Part shown: piece after piece, positions 38,548-47,526 of the stretch
How positions within the stretch are numbered: the first letter of the stretch is position 1
Layout of the letters: every line of letters begins with the position of its first letter
Virus record (IMG/VR): IMGVR_UViG_3300047157_000197
Location: 186,001 to 250,000 of that record
DNA: 64,000 nt
Reading direction: 5' to 3' (one strand)
Notes under the pieces: generated by a model
Database searches by the model: none
What the model saw: the letters and a program-made list of their open reading frames with translations, nothing else
Told to the model about the DNA's origin: nothing
Program-made: the position numbers and the translations under genes

Positions 38548-40323
38548 ATGAGAAAACTACTATCGATACTTGCATTTTGGTTCATAACTAATCTTAGTTA
38601 TGGACAAACATTCACACAGACATTTGTAGATAGATGTACTGGTGAAGTACAAGTTGTTACCGCTAATTTTACAAGTGGTTCTGCTATCGTATCCTTTTAC
38701 AACGAAGCTAAATTATTCACATACACACAATATACTAATGGTGAACTCCAACAATGGTTAGTTCAGAAATATGCATGGTGGGCTGCACTATCCCCATGTT
38801 CATCTGCGAGTAACGCAACCAACAACGCTAATAATACTGCAAACAACGCAACCAATAATACCAATTCAGGTTCAAGTGGTTCTAGTGGTGGTGGAGATAG
38901 TGGTTCAAGTGGTTCATCAGGTGGTAGTGGAGATAGTGGTGGTGGAAGTGGAGATTCAGGCGGTGGAGGTTCTGATGGTGGAAGTGGAGATTCTGGTGGC
39001 GGTGGTTCTGATGGCTCTGATGGTGGTGGTGGAGATTCTGATGGAGGAGGAGGCGATTCCGATGGCGGGGGTGGTGATTCCGATGGTGGCGGTGATTCCG
39101 ATGGTGGAGATAGTGATGGTGGGTCTGGTGATTCCGATTCTGATGGTGGAGATAGTGATGGTGGAGATAGTGATTCTGATTCTGATGGTGGAGATAGTGA
39201 TTCCGATTCCGATAGTGATTCTGATTCCGATAGTGATTCTGATTCCGATAGTGATTCTGATTCTGACTCTGATGGCGATAGTGATGATGATTCTGATTCT
39301 GACTCTGATGGCGATAGTGATGATGATTCTGATGGGGATTCTGATGATGATTCCGATGGAGATAGTGATGATGAATCTGATGATGATTCCGATAGTGATG
39401 AAGATTCTGATGAATCTGATGAAGATAGTGAAGAAAGTGATGAGGAAGATAGTGAAGAAGAATCCGATGAAGAAGAAAAGGAAGAGGAAGAAGAAAGTGA
39501 TGAAGAAGAGGAAGAAGAAGAAAAAGAGGAAGAAGAGGAAGAAGACGATGAAGAAGAAGATGAGGAAGAAGAAGATGAGGAAGATGAGGAAGATGAGGAA
39601 GACGAAAAAGATGAAGAAGATGAGGAAGAAGAAGAAGAAAAGAAAAAGAAATTTATGCCAATAGTATTGAAGGCAGATGTAATGTCAATGCAAGCTCTAA
39701 CAAGAGAATACAACCAAGTTCTTGCAATTGGAGCATCACAAGCATCAATCTATGGTGATATAACAAATACAGCAACTTTACAAGTATATGATAACTTAAA
39801 ACAAGTTGGGTTATCATTGGGTAGAAGTAAAGTAAGTTTGAATGAAAATTATCAAGTAACTTGGGTAGATGGAGCAAACGTATCTTATATGAGAAATTAT
39901 CAGATGAACTCAACTACATTATCTCTCAGTAGAATGAAACCAATGGGTAAGTATGGAACTGTTGGATTGGGTGTTAGTTATTCATTTATGTTTGGTAAAG
40001 ATGCTCTTGGAAATACAATGCCAAAAATGGGTACTATGGGATATAATGTTCTTTATACAAATATGGTAAAAATAAATGATAGAATAATGTACACACCAGC
40101 ATTGATTGGTGCACAAAACCCATTATCTTATACAGAAAAAGTTGAGGGGTTCGATGCCTTTTCATCAACATCAAAAGATTTTATAGGAATCCTTGCAAAT
40201 TCCTTTACAATACAATTAACAAAAAGTTTTTCGTTTAATGCAGGTTGGACGATAATTTATAGTAGTAATGAGTTTGTTCCAATTATGAATTCGTTTATGA
40301 TAGGAGCAAAGTTACCCTTTTAA
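38548..40323 (+). CDS. secreted protein: small N-domain, Gly/Ser/Asp/Glu low-complexity stalk, C-terminal outer-membrane beta-barrel
   Basis: signal ending SYG-Q; ~280-aa GS/SD/DE tract; amphipathic strands ending in ...GAKLPF. Confidence 0.7.
   Translation: MRKLLSILAFWFITNLSYGQTFTQTFVDRCTGEVQVVTANFTSGSAIVSFYNEAKLFTYTQYTNGELQQWLVQKYAWWAALSPCSSASNATNNANNTANNATNNTNSGSSGSSGGGDSGSSGSSGGSGDSGGGSGDSGGGGSDGGSGDSGGGGSDGSDGGGGDSDGGGGDSDGGGGDSDGGGDSDGGDSDGGSGDSDSDGGDSDGGDSDSDSDGGDSDSDSDSDSDSDSDSDSDSDSDSDSDGDSDDDSDSDSDGDSDDDSDGDSDDDSDGDSDDESDDDSDSDEDSDESDEDSEESDEEDSEEESDEEEKEEEEESDEEEEEEEKEEEEEEDDEEEDEEEEDEEDEEDEEDEKDEEDEEEEEEKKKKFMPIVLKADVMSMQALTREYNQVLAIGASQASIYGDITNTATLQVYDNLKQVGLSLGRSKVSLNENYQVTWVDGANVSYMRNYQMNSTTLSLSRMKPMGKYGTVGLGVSYSFMFGKDALGNTMPKMGTMGYNVLYTNMVKINDRIMYTPALIGAQNPLSYTEKVEGFDAFSSTSKDFIGILANSFTIQLTKSFSFNAGWTIIYSSNEFVPIMNSFMIGAKLPF
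38810..39650 (+). repeat. coding low-complexity tandem repeat (GGDSD, DS, DDSD, EEED)
   Basis: degenerate GATTCY/GATAGT/GAAGAA codon repeats. Confidence 0.9.
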
Positions 40324-40332
40324 GGAGATAAT

Positions 40333-40863
40333 ATGAGAAAAATAGATTTTAAATTAGTAGTAATAGGTATATTGATAGGAGTATCAGTATGGCAATTTTT
40401 AAACCCAACAATACAAGAAGTAGAAAAGATTAAAGAAATCGAAGTACTTCAGACTGTAATTGATAGTATCTATGTTGAAAAACTGATAGAGAAGAAAGTT
40501 TTTGTACCAAAGTATATTACAAAAATAAAAAGAGATACTATAATCAAAGAAGTAATTGTAGAAAAAATTAAAACTAAAATCAAAAAGGTTTATATAGATA
40601 AACCATATGAAGTAATCGTACCGAAGTATGAATTACCAGAATCAAAGTGGTATGCTGGATTTGCATATCAATGGGATATGGAAAATTACTTTAGTGGAGC
40701 AAATGTACAAGTTTTACATAAATTCAAAAATGATAAAATGTTTAGTATAGATGTTGGATTTAGAAACGATTTAATAGATTTAGAAAATAATCTTGGAAAA
40801 TTAAGACCTTATGTTGGAGGAACAATATATTTCAGATTAGATAAACCAAAAGATAATTTTTAA
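40333..40863 (+). CDS. membrane-anchored protein with C-terminal beta strands (possible spanin-like)
   Basis: N-terminal TM; IDSIYVEK/RDTIIKEV extended segment; aromatic beta strands. Confidence 0.4.
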   Translation: MRKIDFKLVVIGILIGVSVWQFLNPTIQEVEKIKEIEVLQTVIDSIYVEKLIEKKVFVPKYITKIKRDTIIKEVIVEKIKTKIKKVYIDKPYEVIVPKYELPESKWYAGFAYQWDMENYFSGANVQVLHKFKNDKMFSIDVGFRNDLIDLENNLGKLRPYVGGTIYFRLDKPKDNF

Positions 40864-42956
40864 TGAAGAAACTTCTTTTCATATTATTACTGTTACCAAC
40901 TTTAGTATTTGGTCAGACCGGTGCTGGTTATACTCCAAGTGGTGAAGGAAAAATAAATTATAAATCCTACAAAACTCACTCTGGTAATGGTGCAGCATCA
41001 TCTTATAATAGTGTATCATATAGTGGTGGAGCAGGTTCAACTGCTGAGTTTGATGCAATGGTTGATACAAACCAACCAGGTACAACATTAACTCATGTTG
41101 GTGAAGCAACACCATGGAGTTCAGGTGGTTTAAATGGAGGACACCCACCGAGATGGGGTAATTCGTATTTTGCAATAGTTTATTCAGGTTGGTTCAAACC
41201 AAATAAAAATGGAACTTATAATTTCAAAACTTATGCAGATGATTCATCAGAAACTAGATATAGAGAAGTAGGAACTACTACTTGGCAAACAATTACATTT
41301 CAATGGGGTTGTTGTTCTAATCGATATGGTACTGCAAATTTAGATAATACTAAATGGTATGAATTTGAATTTAGATACCAAGAATATGGTGGAGGGGATT
41401 ATTACTATTTTGGTTATTCAATACCAGCAAATTCAAGTTCACCAAATTACAATTGGATAAGTTCCAATCATCAATTTGGAACTTGGACAAATGTAGACCC
41501 AAGTGGTGGAACAACTACTACAACAGAACCCGAAGTTGATTTAGATTTAGAATTCCATTCTCAATTAGCACCAGAACAATATAGATTTGGTGTGTATTAT
41601 GATGCATCAAATGAACAAGATGGTTCAACATATTTCAATACTTCTACAATGAATTCAAAATATTATTTAGATGATGATGGAAGTAAAGATATAACTGATT
41701 ATCTAAATTTGGTTAAGATGACTGATGGTTTGAAAGCAACCACAGAAAGTGGAAGTGTAGAGTGGGTAGTTTTATATCCATATGATTCTACAAACGATAG
41801 ACATCGAATACTGATTGATGGTAGAGAATTTACTGCTACTAATCCTGATACAGACCCAAATGATTTAAAATCATTACAATTACTTGATTTATATGATGGA
41901 ACAATTACTGTTCATAGTGTAAGTGAGGGTTCGGGTGGTTGGCAACAATATTACATACCAGGTAATCTAACAACTGCTATATCTAATAGTTCATATGGAA
42001 GTGGTGTGATTAGAAATGCTGGTAGTTATTTTGGTATTAGAGCAGAGTTCTCATTTGAAGATGTTGAAATATATAAAGGACATAAAATAGTTGTTAATAA
42101 TCCATCTGATAATATAGAAGGGTGGACAGCTGAAGAATTTATGGATGATTACATTACAGTTGCAGATGTAGTTGCAGGATTTAATGAATTAGCAGGTGGT
42201 GGAATATTCGGTGGATATAAAGGAGATTTGAATGGAGTTCAATTACAAAACTCAGATGTTAATCAAGATGGTGAGTTTGATTTTCAAGATAGTCAAATAG
42301 GATTGGCTTTCTTAAATGGTGATGATACTCCTTTTAATGGTTACCTACAAGAGATAATGAGAATAGTTCCTAAATCAGAATACGATAATACTACAACTAC
42401 TAATTGGAAAACACAAACAAATAAATCACCATCAACAAATTTTACCTTTAGTATTATAGATACGATACAAACCTTAGAATATAAAGTTTCATTTATAGGT
42501 GATGTAAATCTTTCACATTCTGCACCACAATCAACAAGTTCACCTGGTACTCAATCAACATCAGTCAGAAATTCATCTTCTCAAAAATCAAGTGAATTAG
42601 AAGTGTTGTTAGATATTGGTATGGAAGAAGATAAACTTGTGGTAACATTAGATGTACCACAAAACAATCATAACATTGTAGGTTCTGAATTTAGAATAGG
42701 ATATGATAACACTAGAGTGGAGTTTGATAGAATAGAAACTACTTCTAACTTACAATCATTTTCAGCTGAAAGAACAAACTACATAAAGTTAGGTTCTATA
42801 TCTACTGATGGTTCTCAAAATTTAAATGGTGGTGTACAATATAAGATTTACTTTTCACCACAACAAACTTTTGAATCTATATTAGGATTACTATCAGTTA
42901 CAAAATCAGAATTAGTAAAACAAAATGGGGGTGGAATAGACCATAAAATAAAATGA
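40863..42956 (+). CDS. secreted PA14 / dockerin-like / cohesin protein
   Basis: signal ending VFG-Q; PA14 pattern (FAIVYSGWF..GTYNFKTYADDS..YQEYGGG); DVNQDGEFDFQD EF-like loop; GDVNLSHS; EFRIGYDNTRV cohesin-like. Confidence 0.65.
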   Translation: MKKLLFILLLLPTLVFGQTGAGYTPSGEGKINYKSYKTHSGNGAASSYNSVSYSGGAGSTAEFDAMVDTNQPGTTLTHVGEATPWSSGGLNGGHPPRWGNSYFAIVYSGWFKPNKNGTYNFKTYADDSSETRYREVGTTTWQTITFQWGCCSNRYGTANLDNTKWYEFEFRYQEYGGGDYYYFGYSIPANSSSPNYNWISSNHQFGTWTNVDPSGGTTTTTEPEVDLDLEFHSQLAPEQYRFGVYYDASNEQDGSTYFNTSTMNSKYYLDDDGSKDITDYLNLVKMTDGLKATTESGSVEWVVLYPYDSTNDRHRILIDGREFTATNPDTDPNDLKSLQLLDLYDGTITVHSVSEGSGGWQQYYIPGNLTTAISNSSYGSGVIRNAGSYFGIRAEFSFEDVEIYKGHKIVVNNPSDNIEGWTAEEFMDDYITVADVVAGFNELAGGGIFGGYKGDLNGVQLQNSDVNQDGEFDFQDSQIGLAFLNGDDTPFNGYLQEIMRIVPKSEYDNTTTTNWKTQTNKSPSTNFTFSIIDTIQTLEYKVSFIGDVNLSHSAPQSTSSPGTQSTSVRNSSSQKSSELEVLLDIGMEEDKLVVTLDVPQNNHNIVGSEFRIGYDNTRVEFDRIETTSNLQSFSAERTNYIKLGSISTDGSQNLNGGVQYKIYFSPQQTFESILGLLSVTKSELVKQNGGGIDHKIK

Positions 42957-43291
42957 GAAAGTATATAGTATTAATATTGTTCGTTATACTATCTTGTCAA
43001 CCAGAAGAGTTGATGATTGTAGAACCACTACCACAATACGAAATGATATTTGAAGAATCTGAATCATCAGTAACAGATGGACAAGAATTTTCTTTTGAAA
43101 TAATATCAGAAGAAGAACATCATTTAGTTATATCAAAAGATGGTTCTGTTATTACAAAAGAATCATTTTTACCTACACTTGAATTGAATACAAGAAAGAT
43201 TTATACTAAATCACTTCCTACTGATTTGTTACAATTGGAACTAATTAACTCTAATGGTGTTATAAAATCAACTTTTATACAAATATATTAA
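42953..43291 (+). CDS. small lipoprotein, paralogue of 36429
   Basis: lipobox VILS-C; ITKESF...NTRKIYTKSLP..LQLEL. Confidence 0.55.
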   Translation: MRKYIVLILFVILSCQPEELMIVEPLPQYEMIFEESESSVTDGQEFSFEIISEEEHHLVISKDGSVITKESFLPTLELNTRKIYTKSLPTDLLQLELINSNGVIKSTFIQIY

Positions 43292-43425
43292 TATTTATAC
43301 AAAATGACTAACCTCATAACTCTACTTAAAATAATTGGAATATTGGTTATATTCTACATTATGGCAAATCGGTTTTTCAATTGGTTAGATAAGTAACATA
43401 AATTAAAGGAATATTATATAATACA

Positions 43426-43638
43426 ATGTCAACAAAATTAAAACCAAGTTCTAAAGAATATCTTAGAGTTAACAACAAACTAACAAACAAATTTGTAATT
43501 AAACATTATACACCATCAGGTACATCAACTGAAGAATTGAAAAAACTTTACAATTCAGATTCATATAAAAGAAAAAAAGAATTAATTAGAAAAGAATTAG
43601 TGAAACGAGGAGCATGGGAAAACTTAAAGAAAAAATAA
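43426..43638 (+). CDS. basic hypothetical protein
   Basis: 70-aa Lys-rich ORF. Confidence 0.55.
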   Translation: MSTKLKPSSKEYLRVNNKLTNKFVIKHYTPSGTSTEELKKLYNSDSYKRKKELIRKELVKRGAWENLKKK

Positions 43639-43799
43639 TTGAAAAAGGAAGTGGTTTAGTTGCTAAATCAAAAACTAAAAAACAATTAGAAAAAGTATTA
43701 CCAAAACCTTTGGCCAAACAAATATCAAAAAAAGTTGGTAAAGGGGTAGAATCAATTACATCTAAGGCAATTGATTTGTGGAATAAATTTAGTAAATAA
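43614..43799 (+). CDS. basic hypothetical protein
   Basis: 61-aa Lys-rich ORF. Confidence 0.45.
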   Translation: MGKLKEKIIEKGSGLVAKSKTKKQLEKVLPKPLAKQISKKVGKGVESITSKAIDLWNKFSK

Positions 43800-43823
43800 A
43801 CATAACTATATATTTATAGTAGT

Positions 43824-44471
43824 ATGTTCATATTCACAGAAGAAAATATAAAAGATATTAAGAATGCCGTTTACACAACAGATGGTATAAAGGATAAGCA
43901 TGTGAAAAAGATTGAAGGAATCAAAGATGGTTTGTTCAAAGATTTTAATTACTCTAAATACAAAGTAAAAAATCCCCCTAAAAATAATTCAATGGTAGTT
44001 TATAATGAACTACAATTCTTAAAAGATTTACCAGAAGATGATGCATATGTTGAAGAACATGATGATATTGAAAAAGTATTTGAGCAAGTTTGTAAAGAAA
44101 ACAACGTAGAATATCCAAAGGAACTCGTAGAGAGTTTAATCAAATCAGCCGCTGGTATTATATTAGATTTAAAATATCACTATAATAGACCAAGACCATT
44201 TCAACTTTCTAGCCATTATAATATTAAATTAGGTGAAAAAGTATTGGAATCAATGAAAACACCATCATACCCATCAGGACATTCAGCACAAGGTATTTTA
44301 GTAGGGAAGGTACTACAAACTAAATTACCAATCAATACAGATGCCTTTTTGGAAGCAGGAAAACGAATATCATATAGTAGAAATATAGGAAGAGCACACT
44401 ATCCATCTGATTCAAGAATGGGTGAGATTATTGGTGATGTTATGTTTAACCATATAAAGCACAAGATTTAA
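43824..44471 (+). CDS. PAP2/vanadium-haloperoxidase-superfamily phosphatase
   Basis: KYHYNRPRP, SYPSGH, SRNIGRAHYPSD. Confidence 0.88.
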   Translation: MFIFTEENIKDIKNAVYTTDGIKDKHVKKIEGIKDGLFKDFNYSKYKVKNPPKNNSMVVYNELQFLKDLPEDDAYVEEHDDIEKVFEQVCKENNVEYPKELVESLIKSAAGIILDLKYHYNRPRPFQLSSHYNIKLGEKVLESMKTPSYPSGHSAQGILVGKVLQTKLPINTDAFLEAGKRISYSRNIGRAHYPSDSRMGEIIGDVMFNHIKHKI

Positions 44472-44527
44472 ATAATTATTTACAAATACTTTTATACTTA
44501 TATAGTATAGAACATTAAGGAATTAAT

Positions 44528-45133
44528 ATGAAATTATCAGAATTTAAAGAAGCAGTTAAAAATGTACTTAGAGAAAGAAGTATAAATGCTATCTCAAAAC
44601 TACAACAAAGAAATATTGAGAATATTGCATCTGCATTAGAGTTCTACAAAAAGAACAAACATACCGATAAAAAAGAACCATTTATCAAATTACTTAAAAA
44701 ACTAGGTAAAGAGAAAGCAGCTCTAGCAAAAGAACTTGATATGAAAGTTAGTGGTATGTACAAAAACGCAGAGTATAAAGGAGAATCAGTAAACGAAGGA
44801 AGTGATATATACATTAACAACAGAATTCAAATTACTAAATTTTCTGGTGGTAAAGACGGTAAACTGATTCAAATTAACGCACCAAAAATACAAGGTTCTG
44901 GTGACCATATTATTATGAAGATAGATGATTTTAAAAAAATGTTAAAAAAATCATCTAACTTATTAAAACAAGTACAAGAATCAGTAAACGAAGGACCATC
45001 TTCTGAAGAAAAAAGAATTGCAATGTTAGCAGTTAAGAAACAAGCTAAATACAGAAATGTAAGTTTATCTCAAGCAATTCAAGACCAAATAAATGCATTA
45101 GAAGAATTAAAAAGACAATATAAAGGAAAGTAG
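44528..45133 (+). CDS. putative virion internal (head) protein
   Basis: MKLSEFKEAVKNVLRE leader; two internal ESVNEG motifs. Confidence 0.5.
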   Translation: MKLSEFKEAVKNVLRERSINAISKLQQRNIENIASALEFYKKNKHTDKKEPFIKLLKKLGKEKAALAKELDMKVSGMYKNAEYKGESVNEGSDIYINNRIQITKFSGGKDGKLIQINAPKIQGSGDHIIMKIDDFKKMLKKSSNLLKQVQESVNEGPSSEEKRIAMLAVKKQAKYRNVSLSQAIQDQINALEELKRQYKGK

Positions 45134-45465
45134 TGATTAAACTAAAAAACATATTATCTGAAAGTAAAGTAGAATTAGGTAAAGTTTATTCTAATCCTTA
45201 TGCAACTGCATTCAAACCACAAAATACGATTAAAGAAGAAGAGATAAAAGAAGATGACCATGAAGTAGGTATGGGATTATCATCCTTAAAATCATCTGTT
45301 CGTTCCGCTAAAATCATATATACTAATATCAAAAAACGTAACATTGAAGATTTAGATGGTTGGGTTCAAGAGAAAATGACCTTAGCATCCGATTATCTTA
45401 AGAGTGTTGCTGATTACATGGAAGATTTAGACGAATACGATAAAGATGGAACAAATACTAACTAA
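45133..45465 (+). CDS. putative virion internal protein
   Basis: MIKLKNILSE leader; DHEVGM...WVQEKMTLASDYL. Confidence 0.5.
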   Translation: MIKLKNILSESKVELGKVYSNPYATAFKPQNTIKEEEIKEDDHEVGMGLSSLKSSVRSAKIIYTNIKKRNIEDLDGWVQEKMTLASDYLKSVADYMEDLDEYDKDGTNTN

Positions 45466-46083
45466 TCATAATCACATAATGGAATTATTAGGAGCATTTT
45501 TAACCGGTGTAGTGGGACCAGTATTATATTTACTAATTAGTAGATATTTACAGAAACAAAAAGAAAAGACTAGAGATATCGTAAAAGAAAATATTCAAGT
45601 GTTTCCTTAATTTCAAATGAACTTGAAGAAATCAGAGAAGAATTCAAAGGAGATAGAGTTTGGATTGCTCAGTTTCATAATGGTGGTAACTTCTACCCCA
45701 CAGGTAAATCAATCCAAAAATTCTCAATATTCTATGAAGTAACCAAAATTGGTATATCTTCGGTATCTCATACCTTTAATAATATACCTTGTTCACTTTA
45801 CCCTAAAACATTTGAACATACAATGGATGGAAATAATATTTATATTCCAGATTTCAAAGACCCTAAAATTGCAACCTATGGATTAAAAGGAGCAGCAGAA
45901 TCTGTTGGTACAAAATCTACATACTTAGTACCACTATTTACCTTAGATGATAAGTACATCGGAAACATAGGAATTGATTATGTTAGTAAGAAAAAGAAAA
46001 TGACCAAAGATGATTGGGAACATTTCCAAATCAAAGCTGGTAGAATAGCAGGATATATTTCAAACCACTTATCTGCTAACTAA
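45446..46083 (+). CDS. holin-like protein (one TM plus GAF-like domain, T4 gpT architecture), frameshifted near 45595
   Basis: MELLGAFLTGVVGPVLYLLI TM, then frame switch into ...DRVWIAQFHNGGNFYPTGKSIQKFS...LVPLF...IGNIGIDY; adding one base restores a single ORF. Confidence 0.55.
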
Positions 46084-46133
46084 AATACCCTTATTTATAC
46101 TCATTATAAACTACAAAAATAATCCACTTTTTA

Positions 46134-46165
46134 TTAGGTTTTCTCGTTTATTTTCACTATATTTA
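46134..46165 (+). promoter_or_regulatory. Bacteroidota-type promoter variant
   Basis: TTAG-N20-TATATTTA; 46146-46177 identical to 61575-61606. Confidence 0.7.
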
Positions 46166-46185
46166 CTATGTAAATAATCTAAAGT

Positions 46186-46575
46186 ATGACTGAGAAAGAA
46201 GTCCAAAAAATAATCAACGAAGTTTATCCAAAGATAGAGAAACATTATGGTTACTCTAAATTTATATCAGAGTGTACTCCTTATGTAGAAACTCATTATA
46301 ATATCTATGCTAGATATAGTGGTGAACCTGAAGCTAGAGGTGAACAAGATGATTGTCATGCTGAATTTGATAGAACTGATAATAGTATTGTTATCTATTG
46401 GCCTAATATGAAAAATAGAAAACATATAATTCAAACTTTAGTTCACGAATACCAACATTACCTACAATCACCATCTTGGTTCAAAAGATATTATGATATG
46501 GGATATGATTATGGTAATCATCCTTACGAAGTTCAAGCGTATGGTGAAGAAAAGAATTGGGTTCTTTTTAAATAA
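46186..46575 (+). CDS. zincin-like metallopeptidase
   Basis: TLVHEYQHYLQ (HExxH), HPYEVQA third-ligand motif. Confidence 0.7.
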   Translation: MTEKEVQKIINEVYPKIEKHYGYSKFISECTPYVETHYNIYARYSGEPEARGEQDDCHAEFDRTDNSIVIYWPNMKNRKHIIQTLVHEYQHYLQSPSWFKRYYDMGYDYGNHPYEVQAYGEEKNWVLFK

Positions 46576-46603
46576 TATATTTATACACAAATAGGAGAAC
46601 ATT

Positions 46604-46930
46604 ATGATAACATTAAAATCAATATTAGAAGATGCTAAAATCAATACAAAGATTGATGAAGCAAACGATACATACTTTAAATCTTTTACAGATGCAGTAG
46701 AATTCGCTAGAAAAGCTACTGAAAAAAGAGGATTCACAATCGATGAAGATGATTGGCAATCTCAAATTGCTTTTGGTGGTAAGTATTCTCGTTCAAGGCC
46801 TTCTAAAGGTAAAACGAATTCATTTACAGTAGGGTTACTTAAAAAAGGTAAACCACAAAGAAAATCATTACAAATCTCTGTATTTGGTATGGATAGTGGT
46901 TCTTATGAATTAACCCACTACATTAACTAA
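46604..46930 (+). CDS. putative virion internal protein
   Basis: MITLKSILED leader, IDE motif; TATTTATA and AGGAG upstream. Confidence 0.5.
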   Translation: MITLKSILEDAKINTKIDEANDTYFKSFTDAVEFARKATEKRGFTIDEDDWQSQIAFGGKYSRSRPSKGKTNSFTVGLLKKGKPQRKSLQISVFGMDSGSYELTHYIN

Positions 46931-47476
46931 TGATTAAATTAAAAGATATGATAAGTAGAAGTTTATTTGTTGAATCAAAGAAACTCAGAGTTTTTGACTT
47001 TGATGATACTTTGGTTAAAACAACTTCGTTTATTTATATTACTAATGGTGATAAGAAAAAGAAACTTACACCAGGTCAATATGCAGTTTACAATGAGAAG
47101 CCTGGTGATGAATTTGATTTCTCAGATTTCCAAAAAGTACAAGACCCAAAAGAAATTAAAAAGATAACTAAACGTTTTTCGTAGAATCGTAAAAAGTAGT
47201 GGTGGTGATGGAGTTCACATCCTAACTGCCAGAGCAGCATACAAACCGATAAGACAATATCTAAAAGATATCGGTATTAACATGAGTAAAATATATGTAA
47301 CCGCATTAGCATCTAACAATCCAAAAGATAAAGCAGATTGGATTGAAGATAAGATTGATAATGAAGGATATGATGATGTATATTTTGCTGATGATTCCAA
47401 AAAGAACGTTGAAGCAACTAAAAAAATGTTAAGAAAAAAAAATATTAAGTTTAGAGTTCAACTGATAAAACATTAA
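46930..47476 (+). CDS. HAD-family phosphatase (polynucleotide-phosphatase-like), frameshifted near 47178
   Basis: FDFDDTL in the first frame; ILTAR, K and FADDS..N in the second; removing one T from CGTTTTTCG joins them. Confidence 0.7.
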
Positions 47477-47526
47477 GTTCGGTATGATTATTGAACTATA
47501 TACTAAATAAATCTATATTTATAAAT

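Noticed and set aside
38763-39713. 316-aa minus-strand poly-Ser/Pro ORF and 297-aa alternate-frame Val/Ile/Met/Lys ORF
   Set aside because: Shadow frames of the low-complexity repeat in 38548-40323, which lack stops for compositional reasons; no signals of their own.
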